From an uncultured Nitrososphaeraceae archaeon (lineage in GTDB: Archaea; Thermoproteota; Nitrososphaeria; Nitrososphaerales; Nitrososphaeraceae): a stretch of DNA of 64,000 nucleotides. Under the pieces are notes generated by a model. It had not been told where the DNA came from and searched no databases. It saw only the letters and a program-made list of their open reading frames with translations. Numbering within the stretch: position 1 is the stretch's first letter; each line of letters starts with the position of its first letter. Shown piece by piece: positions 21,121 through 32,006 of this stretch. The stretch is from the NCBI GenBank assembly GCA_963825865.1, contig CAWGVG010000036.1, positions 121,778 to 185,777 of the forward strand, given 5' to 3'. Position numbers and translations under genes: made by a program.

Positions 21121-22008
21121 GTGAGTGCAAAGGATTACATCGAAGTTTCAAAGCCCAGAATAGTTATTGTTCTTGTAATCACAGCTGTTACATCGTTGCT
21201 TGCTGGTAGCAGGTTTGACAACACACCATCTAATGCATGGGATGTTACTCTGTGGCAATTAGGTTTTCTTGTATTAACAGGCGCTATGGCATCAATGGGT
21301 TCTAGTGCTCTTAACCATTATTATGATAGGGATATTGATAAAAAGATGGCTAGAACCTCAGAAAGGCCCATTCCTGCCGGGAGATTGTCTGTAAAAAGTG
21401 TTCTACTTTATGGAATTAGTCTTTGCATTCTGTCAGTTGTCATTGCATGGTTTACATTGAATCCTGTAGCTACTGGAATGATTGCTCTTGGTATCTTTTT
21501 TTATGTTATAATCTATACAGCATGGCTTAAACGTATTAATGCCTCAAATATTGTCATCGGAGGCTTTGCAGGAAGCGCTGCGTCTATGGCGGGGTGGGCA
21601 ACTGCGACTGGTTCAATAAATTTACTTGGATTTTTAATTGGCTGGCTTGTATTTATGTGGACTCCTCCGCATTTCTGGTGTCTTGCAATCAGAGCAAGGG
21701 AAGAGTACGCTAGCGTTGGTGTTCCCATGCTGCCTGTTTTAATTGGAAATCAGAGGACTGCGAGCTACATTTTCGCAAATACTGCAATTTTACTACCGTA
21801 TTCTATAGCACTTTACTTCTTTGGATTGGGTATTGTGTATACAATAATTGCAGCGATTTCTGGATCACTCATGTTGGTGTATCATTACAAATTAACAAAA
21901 ACTCCGACGCCAGAGTTTGCTTGGAAAGCATACAAAGTTACTGCGCCATACTTGGTCATAATATTTGTTGCAATAGCACTGGATGCATTTTTTTATTACA
22001 GAATATAG
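21121..22008 (+). CDS. ctaB: Protoheme IX farnesyltransferase (heme o synthase)
   Basis: KPRI, NHYYDRDIDKKMARTSERPIP, WTPPHFW. Confidence 0.95.
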   Translation: MSAKDYIEVSKPRIVIVLVITAVTSLLAGSRFDNTPSNAWDVTLWQLGFLVLTGAMASMGSSALNHYYDRDIDKKMARTSERPIPAGRLSVKSVLLYGISLCILSVVIAWFTLNPVATGMIALGIFFYVIIYTAWLKRINASNIVIGGFAGSAASMAGWATATGSINLLGFLIGWLVFMWTPPHFWCLAIRAREEYASVGVPMLPVLIGNQRTASYIFANTAILLPYSIALYFFGLGIVYTIIAAISGSLMLVYHYKLTKTPTPEFAWKAYKVTAPYLVIIFVAIALDAFFYYRI

Positions 22009-22718
22009 TGTTAGTAGCAGTCCATTGAAACAGATTTTTATAGTTATACGCGGTATAATCGAACATATAGTAGAGCTTGCATTATTTGTTTGAGCAAAAT
22101 GAATGAGCACAACTAAAATAAAATTTGTAACTATAGACTTTATGCATCTATGGCAAGGCAAAAATAGTCTTTGTTAAAAATATGCTAATTCCATGAAAAT
22201 GTAAGCTCGAAAATATAATGCCATATATTACTAATTAAATTAATATTGATAATAAGAGTAACGATAAATATGCTTCTGTTGAATCATCAATTATTGCTTT
22301 ATTGTCATATTGTTAGGATTCAGTTAGGTTAATAAAGAAACATCGATTTTATCAATTATGTATACATCCCGTCTTCTGCCCTGTTTCTTTTTAAGAAAAT
22401 ACCAGAGAAATTCTTGGGAAAGAGTCGTCATCAATAAGAATTGTTCCAGCAACCAAATAAATAATATCTGTGGGCTTAAGAAATAATAATTTAATTTGTA
22501 CTCGCAAAAGAATTCATAAAAAAAAGGAAGAAATATGTACAAGCTTGAAGTGACAATACCTTTTACTTTATTAGGTACTATAAAGTAATAGTACGGTACC
22601 ATGAAGGATCAGATGTACTATTATAAAAACACTAAGTTATATTTAGATTCAAAAAAAATAAAAAAAAATCATCTACCGATCAAACGATAATTAATAGATT
22701 GAAAATTGGTCAAATGAT

Positions 22719-23099
22719 ATGTGCATAAAAATGAAGAAAATCTTGGTGGTGGATGATGAGCCAGATACAAGTTTGTTGTTAAAGATAGTTTTAGAGAGCA
22801 ATAGTTTCAAAGTAGATTCTTTTGATAACCCGATTCTGGCATTAAAAAATTTTAGGGGTAATTTGTATGATCTCTTAATTCTTGATATCAGAATGTCACA
22901 AATGAATGGTATCAAACTCTATCAAGAAATTAGAAAGATAGACAATAAAGTTAAGGTATGTTTTTTGACAGCTGGCCAATCGTATTATGGCGCATTTACA
23001 AATATATTTCGCGATTTAAAGGAAGACCGATTTATTCAAAAACCAATTGAAAATGAAAAGTTGATACAAAGAATAAATGAAATAATTAGTTCAAACTAA
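22719..23099 (+). CDS. Stand-alone response regulator receiver
   Basis: ILVVDDE, LLILDIRM, FLTA, KP. Confidence 0.9.
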   Translation: MCIKMKKILVVDDEPDTSLLLKIVLESNSFKVDSFDNPILALKNFRGNLYDLLILDIRMSQMNGIKLYQEIRKIDNKVKVCFLTAGQSYYGAFTNIFRDLKEDRFIQKPIENEKLIQRINEIISSN

Positions 23100-23501
23100 C
23101 TATAGATATATACCTATAACTAACATCAATGTTTTTAGTTCTTGCTATTTCTAAAATATGTTTTCTATGATGTCGGGGGAACAACATATAACTAACTACT
23201 ATACATGGCTAATAATTAGTTGTCTAAAAAATACATAATCTATAGATGAATCCTTTGTATTCAAATATTTATCAAAAGCAAATAATCACGAGAAGTAGAT
23301 GATTCATTCCTGACTAATACTCCCTTTGTGTATATTATTCAACTTTCTAAATTTGTCACCGACGTCGAAATATGCAATTTTTGATGTCCATTAAATTATT
23401 GCGTGGTTATTGCATAATTAGGATTAATATATGACATAGAGCCTGAGTGTATATTATCTATATAATTATTTTTATTATTATTGGTGTTACTATTTTGTTT
23501 A

Positions 23502-23726
23502 CTAAGCTGAGCTAGAATCCACTACCGCTTCAACTCTTCGTTTATCTTTTGTAATCCATGAGACTCTAATCAAGCCGTAAATTTCTAGGTCTAGCAGAAC
23601 CTTATTTAAATCGGCTCCGCTTAAAAAGACATCACCTTTATTCAAGGCATTTATTAGTTCAGAATCTGTCATGTTACCTGCCTGCTTTATCTTCTCGTAA
23701 ATTAGATTACGTATTGGGTAAGTCAT
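23502..23726 (-). CDS. Small conserved wHTH-like protein
   Basis: LNKVLLDLEIYGLIRVSW helix-wing pattern. Confidence 0.7.
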   Translation of the reverse strand: MTYPIRNLIYEKIKQAGNMTDSELINALNKGDVFLSGADLNKVLLDLEIYGLIRVSWITKDKRRVEAVVDSSSA

Positions 23727-23874
23727 CTTTGTTAGTATAGGGTATTACACTACTTAGCCTTATATTGTATCTCCTATGAAGTCACTATAGGAGATACCAG
23801 AGGGTATTTTCTTAATTACCAGAAAGTTTCATTATGAAGTCACTATTCAGTTATAGTGAATATACTACTATCAA

Positions 23875-24019
23875 TAGATAAAGGATTAATTTCACGTCAT
23901 TTGATATTCTCGATAATTATACTAGATAAGTCAGCAATAAATCATATTAGATAAAACAGCATTAACTTCCTCAAGTCAAATATACAGATGAAATCATAAC
24001 CATTGGTGACGAAATCTAT
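23875..24019 (+). promoter_or_regulatory. Conserved upstream element of the CTHP family, copy 6
   Basis: AATTTCACGTCATTTGATATTCTC…CAGCATTAACTTCCTCAAGTCAAATATACAGATG. Confidence 0.8.
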
Positions 24020-24374
24020 ATGAACAACACAAAAACTCTAGCAATAGTTGCTGTCTTAACAGCGGCAACATTAGTAGTAGGAGTAACATTTGCAGCAACA
24101 GCAACATCAGTAGCATTTGCTTATAAGAAAGGACAAGATGGTAGAAAAGACAAGGGGAGAGATAATGGAAATGAAAATGGTAACACAGTTACCATCCAGG
24201 CAGAGAAGCAAAAAGCTTCAGTAAGTGGATTTGATAACAACGCCACACAAGAAGCTTCAAATGTTATCTGCACACACCCAAGCACATCTTGTGTGGTAGA
24301 GGGATCTCCATCTTCTGCTCGCTACTGGTAGTACTACTGACGACAGCGGCGACAGCTCCGACGAAAATCCATAA
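24020..24374 (+). CDS. Secreted CTHP-family protein, copy 6 (called ORF ends at 24331; a probable frameshift gives an acidic tail to 24374)
   Basis: MNNTKTLAIVAVLTAATLVVG…NGNTVTIQAEKQKASVSGFDNNATQEASNVICTHPSTSC; the alternative frame reads ATGSTTDDSGDSSDENP*. Confidence 0.85.
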
Positions 24375-24578
24375 TAAGGTAGTAACTTTAACTACCGCAA
24401 CTTTTTTTTCTTTTTCTTTTTCTTTTTCTTTTTCTATATCTTCTAAGAATTATAATAAATCAAAATAAAAAATTTTTTAAACGACCTTTTTCTTTATCTA
24501 TCCAAGTTTGAATGGTGTTGTTGCTAACTAACTATAATGTGTATATAAAAAATAGTTAGTTCCTGCAACTGCTATCAC

Positions 24579-24870
24579 TTAATATGGAACAGGATATATG
24601 AATGGAGTCACAGCGCCGAAAATGCATGTTGCATGTGTACAAAGTATATTTGTGGCCGTTTGTATACAGTTTGCGCCATCACTACATCTGCTTTTTTGAT
24701 TAACTTCTTGTCCTGTTTTTGTATTACCTGTCGCGTCAGCTTTCAGATCCTTTGTATGCGAATGTGCTTGTGCTACCTGCATAGGGAGAAGAAATGAGAC
24801 CGATAGGCAGCAAGACAGAAGCTGGGATTGCAATCATCGCCAAACTCGTATAGTTCTTCTTCTTAAACAT
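24579..24870 (-). CDS. Small secreted protein, divergent CTH-type relative (frameshift in the signal peptide)
   Basis: MFKKKNYTSLAMIAI… / AQAHS…QEVNQKSRCSDGANCIQTATNILCTHATC. Confidence 0.6.
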
Positions 24871-25528
24871 ATTCTCTAATATTTGTCATTTCGTGGTATA
24901 TTTAGAATACTCCACAGTAGGTAATAAAAAAATATATAATGAAAGTATTGCTAATATTATAATGTTGAAATAATAAGTTGTTTTTTAGCAACAGTATCAG
25001 CTGTTGCTATAAAAGTAGGTTAATCAAGCAAAAACAAAAATATTATTAGTTCTTCTTCCTTTGATAAAGAGCGAGCGATTTTTTTATTGGTATTTGAATC
25101 TGTTCTCCCAGAGAGTACAGCCACCTCTTTCTTCTTGATTAATGATTGAATGTACAAATCCTGTTTTTTTGTATTGCAAAAGATATCCTTTAAAAAAATA
25201 ATAATAACAATAATATTTTAAAAACCACATTTTTGAAACGATAATTTCTGGTAATCTCTATGTAATAGCAATTGTTGGCATTCATTTTTTTGTCAATCAG
25301 GGTAATTTTTTGTTAGCTGGTCCTTCTAACATTTAAAAAACTGTTTGAATTCATTTATAACTATTATCAACTAATAAAATTTTGAAACAATATAAAAAAA
25401 TTTATACAATTTATATGAATATTTAAACTTATTTTTTATTTCTATTTTTTTATAACAACGATCTTCTATTTATAAATTGGATAAACTTAATATACCATAA
25501 AGAATGTGCTTTGCACAAGCACAATATC

Positions 25529-26181
25529 ATGCTGATTATCTTTGATGTAGAGGGAGTTCTTCTTAATGCCGAATACCTTCCGGTTTTAGCCCAAATGATG
25601 GGCCCAGAAAAAGAGAAAGAAATCTGGGATATTACAAAACAAGGTATTAGAGGGGAGATTGACTGGGAGGAAGGACTAAAGAAACGTGTCAGTGCTCTAA
25701 GGGGCATTAGCTTTGTTGATGCCACAGAATTGGTGCTAATCTGGAGATTATGCCTGGTGCAAAAGAACTTTGTATGGCTTTGAAAAAGGCTGGCTGGAAA
25801 ATGATTGCTGTCTCCGGGGGTTTTACAATAATAACTGATAGATTAAAGGATGAACTTGGTGTTGATAAAATATTTTCAAATCAGTTAGTCTTTAAGGATG
25901 GAAAGCTTGACGATATAAACATCAAAGTCACGTCTGACAAAGCAGCAGCAGTAAGTTCTACAATAAAGGAATGGGGAATAAAAAAAGATGATACTGTGGT
26001 TGTCGTGGATGGGGCAAATGATCTAAAATTGTTTGAGTTAGCAGCATTTACAGTTGGATTTTGTCCTGTAGATATAGTAAAGGAAAAGGCAGATGTAGTT
26101 ATAGAAATACGGGATTTAACCTTGTTGCTTAATCTACTTGAAAAGAAATTTGGCAAAGCAGTGCTTGCAAACACCCAGTAA
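25529..26181 (+). CDS. serB: Phosphoserine phosphatase (HAD family), frameshifted
   Basis: FDVEGVLLNAE, AVSGGF, K, DGANDL. Confidence 0.88.
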
Positions 26182-26387
26182 TTATTAATATATATATAAA
26201 AAGAGGGTGCGATTTTCTATGTATTTTTTTATATACATTTATTTTATATCATCTATCCCATATTGAATGTCAATAATAAAAAAAAAATAATAATAATTGT
26301 AACAGCAGTCGCACTAATAAAAATAATAACAATATTATTCAGATTATTCCAGTTCATCTGTCTATCGATATAAAACCACAGGATAAC

Positions 26388-27089
26388 TTGGATATGGTAA
26401 TTCTGGAATCAGTAAAACACGCTCAGGTAAATCTTTATGACAGAGACATAGTAGTCATTGCGCAAAAAATTGTTTCAAAAGCGGAAGGCCGAATAATAAA
26501 CCTAGACCATATCAAACCATCAGCCAAATCTCTAGCAATAGCAAAAGAAAATGACAAAGATGCCAGGATAGTGGAGCTAATTTTAAATGAATCCAAAGAG
26601 ATATTAAGACTCATTAAGGGAATCCTAGTAGTAGAAACAAAACAAGGTTTTATCTGTGCGAATGCAGGAATTGACCAAAGCAATGTTCAAGATAGTCATA
26701 ATCATGCGTTATTATTACCCGTAGATGCTGACAGATCTGCAAACAAAATCAGAGATTCGTTGAGGAAGAAAACTGGAAAGGATGTTGCAGTTGTGATAAC
26801 CGATACTTTTGGAAGGCCATTTAGAGAAGGACAAACAAACGTTGCCATAGGTATTGCTGGGATAGAACCGATAAAAAGCTATATTGGAACAACCGATATG
26901 TATGGAAAAAAACTGAAAGTAACTGAAATTGCAATTGCAGATGAAATTGCTTCAGCGGCAGAATTATCAATGGGCAAATCGGATCGTGTTCCAATTGTCA
27001 TACTAAGAGGTTACAAGTATCAAAAGGCAGATGAAAAATCTTCAATTTCGAAGATAATTAGGTCGAAAGAAAAAGATCTGTTTAGATAA
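26388..27089 (+). CDS. cofE: Coenzyme F420-0:L-glutamate ligase (true start probably somewhat upstream)
   Basis: KIVSKAEG, ANAGIDQSN, DTFGRPFREG, ADEIASAA. Confidence 0.95.
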   Translation: MDMVILESVKHAQVNLYDRDIVVIAQKIVSKAEGRIINLDHIKPSAKSLAIAKENDKDARIVELILNESKEILRLIKGILVVETKQGFICANAGIDQSNVQDSHNHALLLPVDADRSANKIRDSLRKKTGKDVAVVITDTFGRPFREGQTNVAIGIAGIEPIKSYIGTTDMYGKKLKVTEIAIADEIASAAELSMGKSDRVPIVILRGYKYQKADEKSSISKIIRSKEKDLFR

Positions 27090-27255
27090 ATATAATAATA
27101 ATACTAATAATTTTATAATAATGATGTAACTATATTATAATGGTATTGATTAACACAATAAATAATAATTATCACAACAATGATAACAATATATTAATTC
27201 AAGAGATCATAAAGATTTAATATTACGTTTTTGTAATTTTATTCTGTTTATCAAT

Positions 27256-27511
27256 ATGACTACCAATACTAGTAATAAATCTCCTGATGCTAAAACTATA
27301 GACGTTAGAGGCCTATTTTGTCCTGAACCTGTATTTCGGTACAAAGATCGAAATAGAAAGATTGGCGATAGGAGATATGCTCAAAATAGTAGCCGATGAC
27401 CCCGAGTCAGAGGAAGATATATCTAAATGGGTAAATAGAACCGGTCATGAACTTTTATCAATTAATAAGAATCAAAAAGATCTTGAGTTTTTAATAAAGA
27501 AGGCAAAATAA
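27256..27511 (+). CDS. tusA: TusA/SirA-like sulfur carrier (frameshifted; not in the ORF track)
   Basis: IDVRGLFCPEPV…LKIVADDPESEEDISKWVNRTGHEL. Confidence 0.85.
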
Positions 27512-27515
27512 AAAA

Positions 27516-28527
27516 ATGACAACAACAACAGTTGCTCGATCTGATATAATTGACCGCATAGGACGAACTCCACTAATAGAATTAGCATCATTTTCTACTA
27601 AACACGTCAAACTTTATGCAAAATTAGAATGGTTTAATCCATTTGGTTCGGTAAAAGATAGAGCTGCCATACTGGATGATCAAGGATGCTGAAAAAAGGG
27701 ATCTTTTAAAGAAGGGTAAAAGCATCATTATTGAACCAACATCTGGAAATACGGGTATTGCATTAACTGGCATAGCTACCTCATTAGCATACAAAGTCGA
27801 AATTGTGATTCCTGAAAAGGTAAGTGAAGAAACAAAAAGGATTCTAAGACATTTAGGCGCCACCCTTCATGAGACATCGGATGATTTATGTCCAAGGGTA
27901 GGTGCTGGAACAGACCAAAGTATTGCACTTGCCAAGGCAATTTCAAAGCCAAGACCTGACATCTATTACATGCCAAACCAATATGAAAACGATGCTAATT
28001 TTTTTGCACATTATGAAAGTACTGGTCCAGAAATTTGGAAACAAACCGATGGTAGAATAACGCACTTCCTTACCGGGTGTGGGACAGGAGGAACTATTAC
28101 CGGTACTGCAACTTTTCTGAAGGAAAATAACAGGAATATCAAAGTAGTTGCAATCCAAGCTCAGAAAAACCATTTACTTCAAGGGTTAAGAAACTTTGAA
28201 GAATCATCAATGCCTGATCTGTTCAAACGGCGTGAGAACGTTGTTGACAAATGGATGACCGCGACAAACGAAGACTCCTTTAACATGGTAAAGCAATTGA
28301 TGGCAAAAGAGAGATTGTTAGTGGGGCCCTCTTCAGGCTCTGTCATGGCATCGATGCTAAAAATAGCCGAAAAGTTAGACAATGGCGTTCTTGTTGGGAT
28401 ATTTGCCGACGATGGTAGGAAATTCAAAAGTCTCTACGCACAACAAAATGTTTTTACCAACGAAGAATATGAAAAAGCCTTGAAGAATGCAAAGAATCTT
28501 TCGAGTGTGGTATACACCCTTAATTAG
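27516..28527 (+). CDS. PLP-dependent cysteine synthase family protein (frameshifted)
   Basis: IGRTPL…KLEWFNPFGSVKDR, EPTSGNTG, NQY, GTGGT, GPSSG. Confidence 0.92.
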
Positions 28528-28775
28528 TTACTCAATTACACAATTAGAATGCTCCCTTGGCCACGGCGTTAATAATAATAATAATAATATGCGCTATTGA
28601 ATAACATGTAAATTTGTATAAATATAAATATAAAATATCAGTGCAATCTCTTGTCTGGTCTTCTCCAGTAAAGATGAAGATTCTAAAATCACTTAGTAGT
28701 TAGGATTATCACGGCAGAGACAACAAAAGGAAGATATATATACAAAGTTTAGCAGTTCAAGTTCTCATTAGTTAA

Positions 28776-29759
28776 TTAGTTTCCACGTTTTCTTTCGGTC
28801 AACCATTTTTCTACATCAAGAGCTGCCATACATCCAAAACCAGCCGCGGTAATTGCTTGTCTATATCTATAATCATGCACATCCCCTGCTGCAAAAACTC
28901 CTTCGATACTTGTCCTAGTCTGATTTTTCAAAAGAATGTAACCTTTATCATCCATTTCTAGCTGACCATTAAAAATAGCAGTGTTGGGCTCATGACCAAT
29001 TGCAACGAATAGTCCGCCAGCTGAAATCTTTTGTTCTTTTTCATTGTTTATATCTCTCACTACAATCGTTCCAATTTTATTACTACCTTTAATATCCGAT
29101 ATTACGCTATTCCATAGGAATTGAATCTTCGGATTCTCAAAAGCCTTTTCTTGAAGAATTTTACTAGCACGCAGTGAATCTCTTCTGTGGACTATTTTTA
29201 CAGATTTTCCAAACTTAGTAAGGAATGTTGCCTCTTCAATAGCTGTGTCTCCACCACCGACTACTATTATATCTTCACCTTTAAAGAATGGCCCATCACA
29301 GGTTGCACAGTATGATACTCCTCTGCCAGCAAATTGCTGTTCAGCTTTGATTCCTAATTTGCGAGGTGATGCTCCAGTACATATCAGGACCGATTCAGCT
29401 TCGTAATTTTCCGCATGAGTTGTAATTATAAATGGTCTTTTTTTGAAATCCACTCTGATAACTTCATCATCGACAATAACCGAACCAAACCTCTCTGCCT
29501 GTTGCCGCATATTCATCATAAGCTCTGGTCCAAAAATTCCGTTTGGAAAGCCAGGATAATTGTCTACTTCACTTGTTGTCATCAACTGACCTCCTGGAAG
29601 CGTACCTGAAATAACGAGTGTTCTAAGTTTTGCACGTGAAGTATAAATGCCAGCAGTGTATCCTGCAGGGCCTGATCCGATAATAATTATGTCGTAAAGC
29701 TTTGAGTGATGTGAATCCCCAGATTCATCGTCTTCTCTTATAGATGGAGTATTAGACAT
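28776..29759 (-). CDS. trxB: Thioredoxin-disulfide reductase
   Basis: GSGPAG, CATCDG, GGGDTAIEEA, AAGD. Confidence 0.96.
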   Translation of the reverse strand: MSNTPSIREDDESGDSHHSKLYDIIIIGSGPAGYTAGIYTSRAKLRTLVISGTLPGGQLMTTSEVDNYPGFPNGIFGPELMMNMRQQAERFGSVIVDDEVIRVDFKKRPFIITTHAENYEAESVLICTGASPRKLGIKAEQQFAGRGVSYCATCDGPFFKGEDIIVVGGGDTAIEEATFLTKFGKSVKIVHRRDSLRASKILQEKAFENPKIQFLWNSVISDIKGSNKIGTIVVRDINNEKEQKISAGGLFVAIGHEPNTAIFNGQLEMDDKGYILLKNQTRTSIEGVFAAGDVHDYRYRQAITAAGFGCMAALDVEKWLTERKRGN

Positions 29760-30186
29760 ATAGTAATTACAATGTAAAGAAGGAGACCATTTAATAATTT
29801 GTTCGGAAGCGTATCAAACGATTTTTGAAAAGTAATGATGGTGGAATATCTTTTGATTAGGCCCCTAGATATTATAAGGGTCATTCAGACAGAATTGGTA
29901 TAATGATCATTTATTGAAAAATTCGTAAAATTATTGTCAAAGTTATCGTTGTTTCTAGGTATTCAAATGAACATATTTTTTTTCAAAAAGCTCCACGCAA
30001 ACCATGAAACCACTGCTATATACTATAGTGTTGTTTCTTATTTTTTGAAAAGAGGATTATTCTAGTGCTGATGTACTTCTTTTCCTTGTTTTGGCAAAGT
30101 TCGGTCTTTGTATGTTTAATTTGATGTGATGATGATGATGATGATACTGGTAGCAATTAACAGGCTCAAACCTTTATTCGATAAGG

Positions 30187-30654
30187 CTAGAAGGCTTCAA
30201 CTAAGAAATCTATTTCAACTGAGCTATCAAAAGGTAGGCTATTTGCTCCTACTGCTACTCTAGTGTGTTTTCCTTTTTCACCAAAAAGTTGCATTAAAAA
30301 ATCTGATGCACCATTGATTACTTTGGGATGGTCAGTAAATGAAGGATCGCAATTGACATAACCTGAAACTTTGACAAATTTTTTTATCTGATCAAGACTA
30401 TCGAGTGCACCTTTTAATTGAGAGAGGGCATTTATAACACAAAGTTTTGCTGCCGCCTGGCCATCTTCTAATGAAATATCTCTCCCTATTTTTCCTTTAT
30501 ACTTTACGTGTATCAGATTCGACCCTGGTTCCACTGGAATTTGACCAGATACAAAGATAAGATTACCTGCTATAATGACTGGAACATATGAGCCAACAGG
30601 TGGTAGTGGATCAGATAATTTTATTCCAAGGGATACTAATTTCTCATCTATCAT
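30187..30654 (-). CDS. RidA/YjgF family protein
   Basis: SYVP…FVSGQIP…HTRVAVG..SLPFDSSVEID. Confidence 0.92.
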   Translation of the reverse strand: MIDEKLVSLGIKLSDPLPPVGSYVPVIIAGNLIFVSGQIPVEPGSNLIHVKYKGKIGRDISLEDGQAAAKLCVINALSQLKGALDSLDQIKKFVKVSGYVNCDPSFTDHPKVINGASDFLMQLFGEKGKHTRVAVGANSLPFDSSVEIDFLVEAF

Positions 30655-30923
30655 TAGAGCTATAATGTAAGTTAAAATGCAAGTTAAATATATATATTAT
30701 ATATATATTATTAATTTTTTAAGAATCGATTTATTCACTTTAATATCAAACAATCTTATGTTTCAATTTAAATATAGCATTCATATGAATAACAAAGTAT
30801 ATATTTATAAGTACTGAGGTTTTTCTGCTTTTACAATTAGTTTACTTTACTTTAGTAAACAACCCATTCCTGAAAACTCCCAAACAAAAAAGAGTGAAAA
30901 TAAAAATTAGCCTTTATATGTGA

Positions 30924-31733
30924 TTATCTTACATGGATTGGTATTTCCTTAAGTTTGCCTATTGCGACTTCGGCAGCCTTCTTGCCTGATAGCAACATGG
31001 AACCAAATGTTGGTCCCATTCTTGGTAAGCCATGTGTTTCTGTTACTGACATGCCAGCTGCTATCAATCCAGGAAATACTTCACCTGTATAATTTACTAC
31101 TGCATCTTCACTGCCTTCCACCCACAATGGATCCATGCCTTTCCATTTCATATAACCACGGTCCATTAATCGTTTCACAGCAACAGAATCATGACCTGAT
31201 GCATCAATAACAATTTTACTTTCAAATGCTACCGGGTCAACGCATGTAATATTCCTTGGTAGTGCAGAAACTGGCATCCAGTTAACAACTATACCGCTTA
31301 CACGTTTATTCTTTAACACCAAGTCATCAAATTTCGTTAATTGCAGGAATCTAACACCTGCATCACATGCAGCAGCGATTAGTTTTGAACAGGCATGTGG
31401 TCCCCACGTGGCATATAGCCCCTCAGTTATTTTACGATAAGGTATGCCTAATTCATCCCATATTTTCTGAGCTGGTGCCCTAACGGTTACTGGATTCATC
31501 ATATATCCACCTACCCAATATCCACCACCGAGGTAGTTGTTCTGTTCAACGATGAGTGTCTTTACACCCATTTTTCCCAATTCTTTACCTGCTGTTAATC
31601 CCGCTGGGCCTGCTCCAATTATTATCACGTCAGAATCTGTATATTCTGTCATTGTTTCGTTAAACATAGCCGCTATCGTTCTCGTAATTTCCTTCTCGCT
31701 CACATTAGCAAAAATTTTTGCCATATGTACCAA
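30924..31733 (-). CDS. thi4: Thiazole synthase Thi4 (Cys-type, CVDP)
   Basis: GAGPAGL, TCVDP, DASGHD, RMGPTFGSMLLSG. Confidence 0.95.
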   Translation of the reverse strand: MVHMAKIFANVSEKEITRTIAAMFNETMTEYTDSDVIIIGAGPAGLTAGKELGKMGVKTLIVEQNNYLGGGYWVGGYMMNPVTVRAPAQKIWDELGIPYRKITEGLYATWGPHACSKLIAAACDAGVRFLQLTKFDDLVLKNKRVSGIVVNWMPVSALPRNITCVDPVAFESKIVIDASGHDSVAVKRLMDRGYMKWKGMDPLWVEGSEDAVVNYTGEVFPGLIAAGMSVTETHGLPRMGPTFGSMLLSGKKAAEVAIGKLKEIPIHVR

Positions 31734-32006
31734 GTTCTTGTTGTCAGTATATATTATATGTTATCCAATCTCAAACTTATGAGACTAAAGTTCGAAGTAT
31801 TTGACTAAATTGCCGATTGAATTGAATGGATTATATATGTTAAATGATGATCAAAAACCATCAAAAACTTTATAAAATAATTTGATAACTAAAATTTGAG
31901 TCGTCTGTGTAGTTTGAAAAATAATCGGGAAGTTTAATCTATGATAAAAAGGTGTGGTGCTAGTAGATATTATATATAAAATATATTCATAGAATCTCTT
32001 AGAAGA

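Noticed and set aside
31740-31900. TPP riboswitch upstream of thi4
   Set aside because: No CUGAGA…AUACC-type signature or suitable stems are visible.
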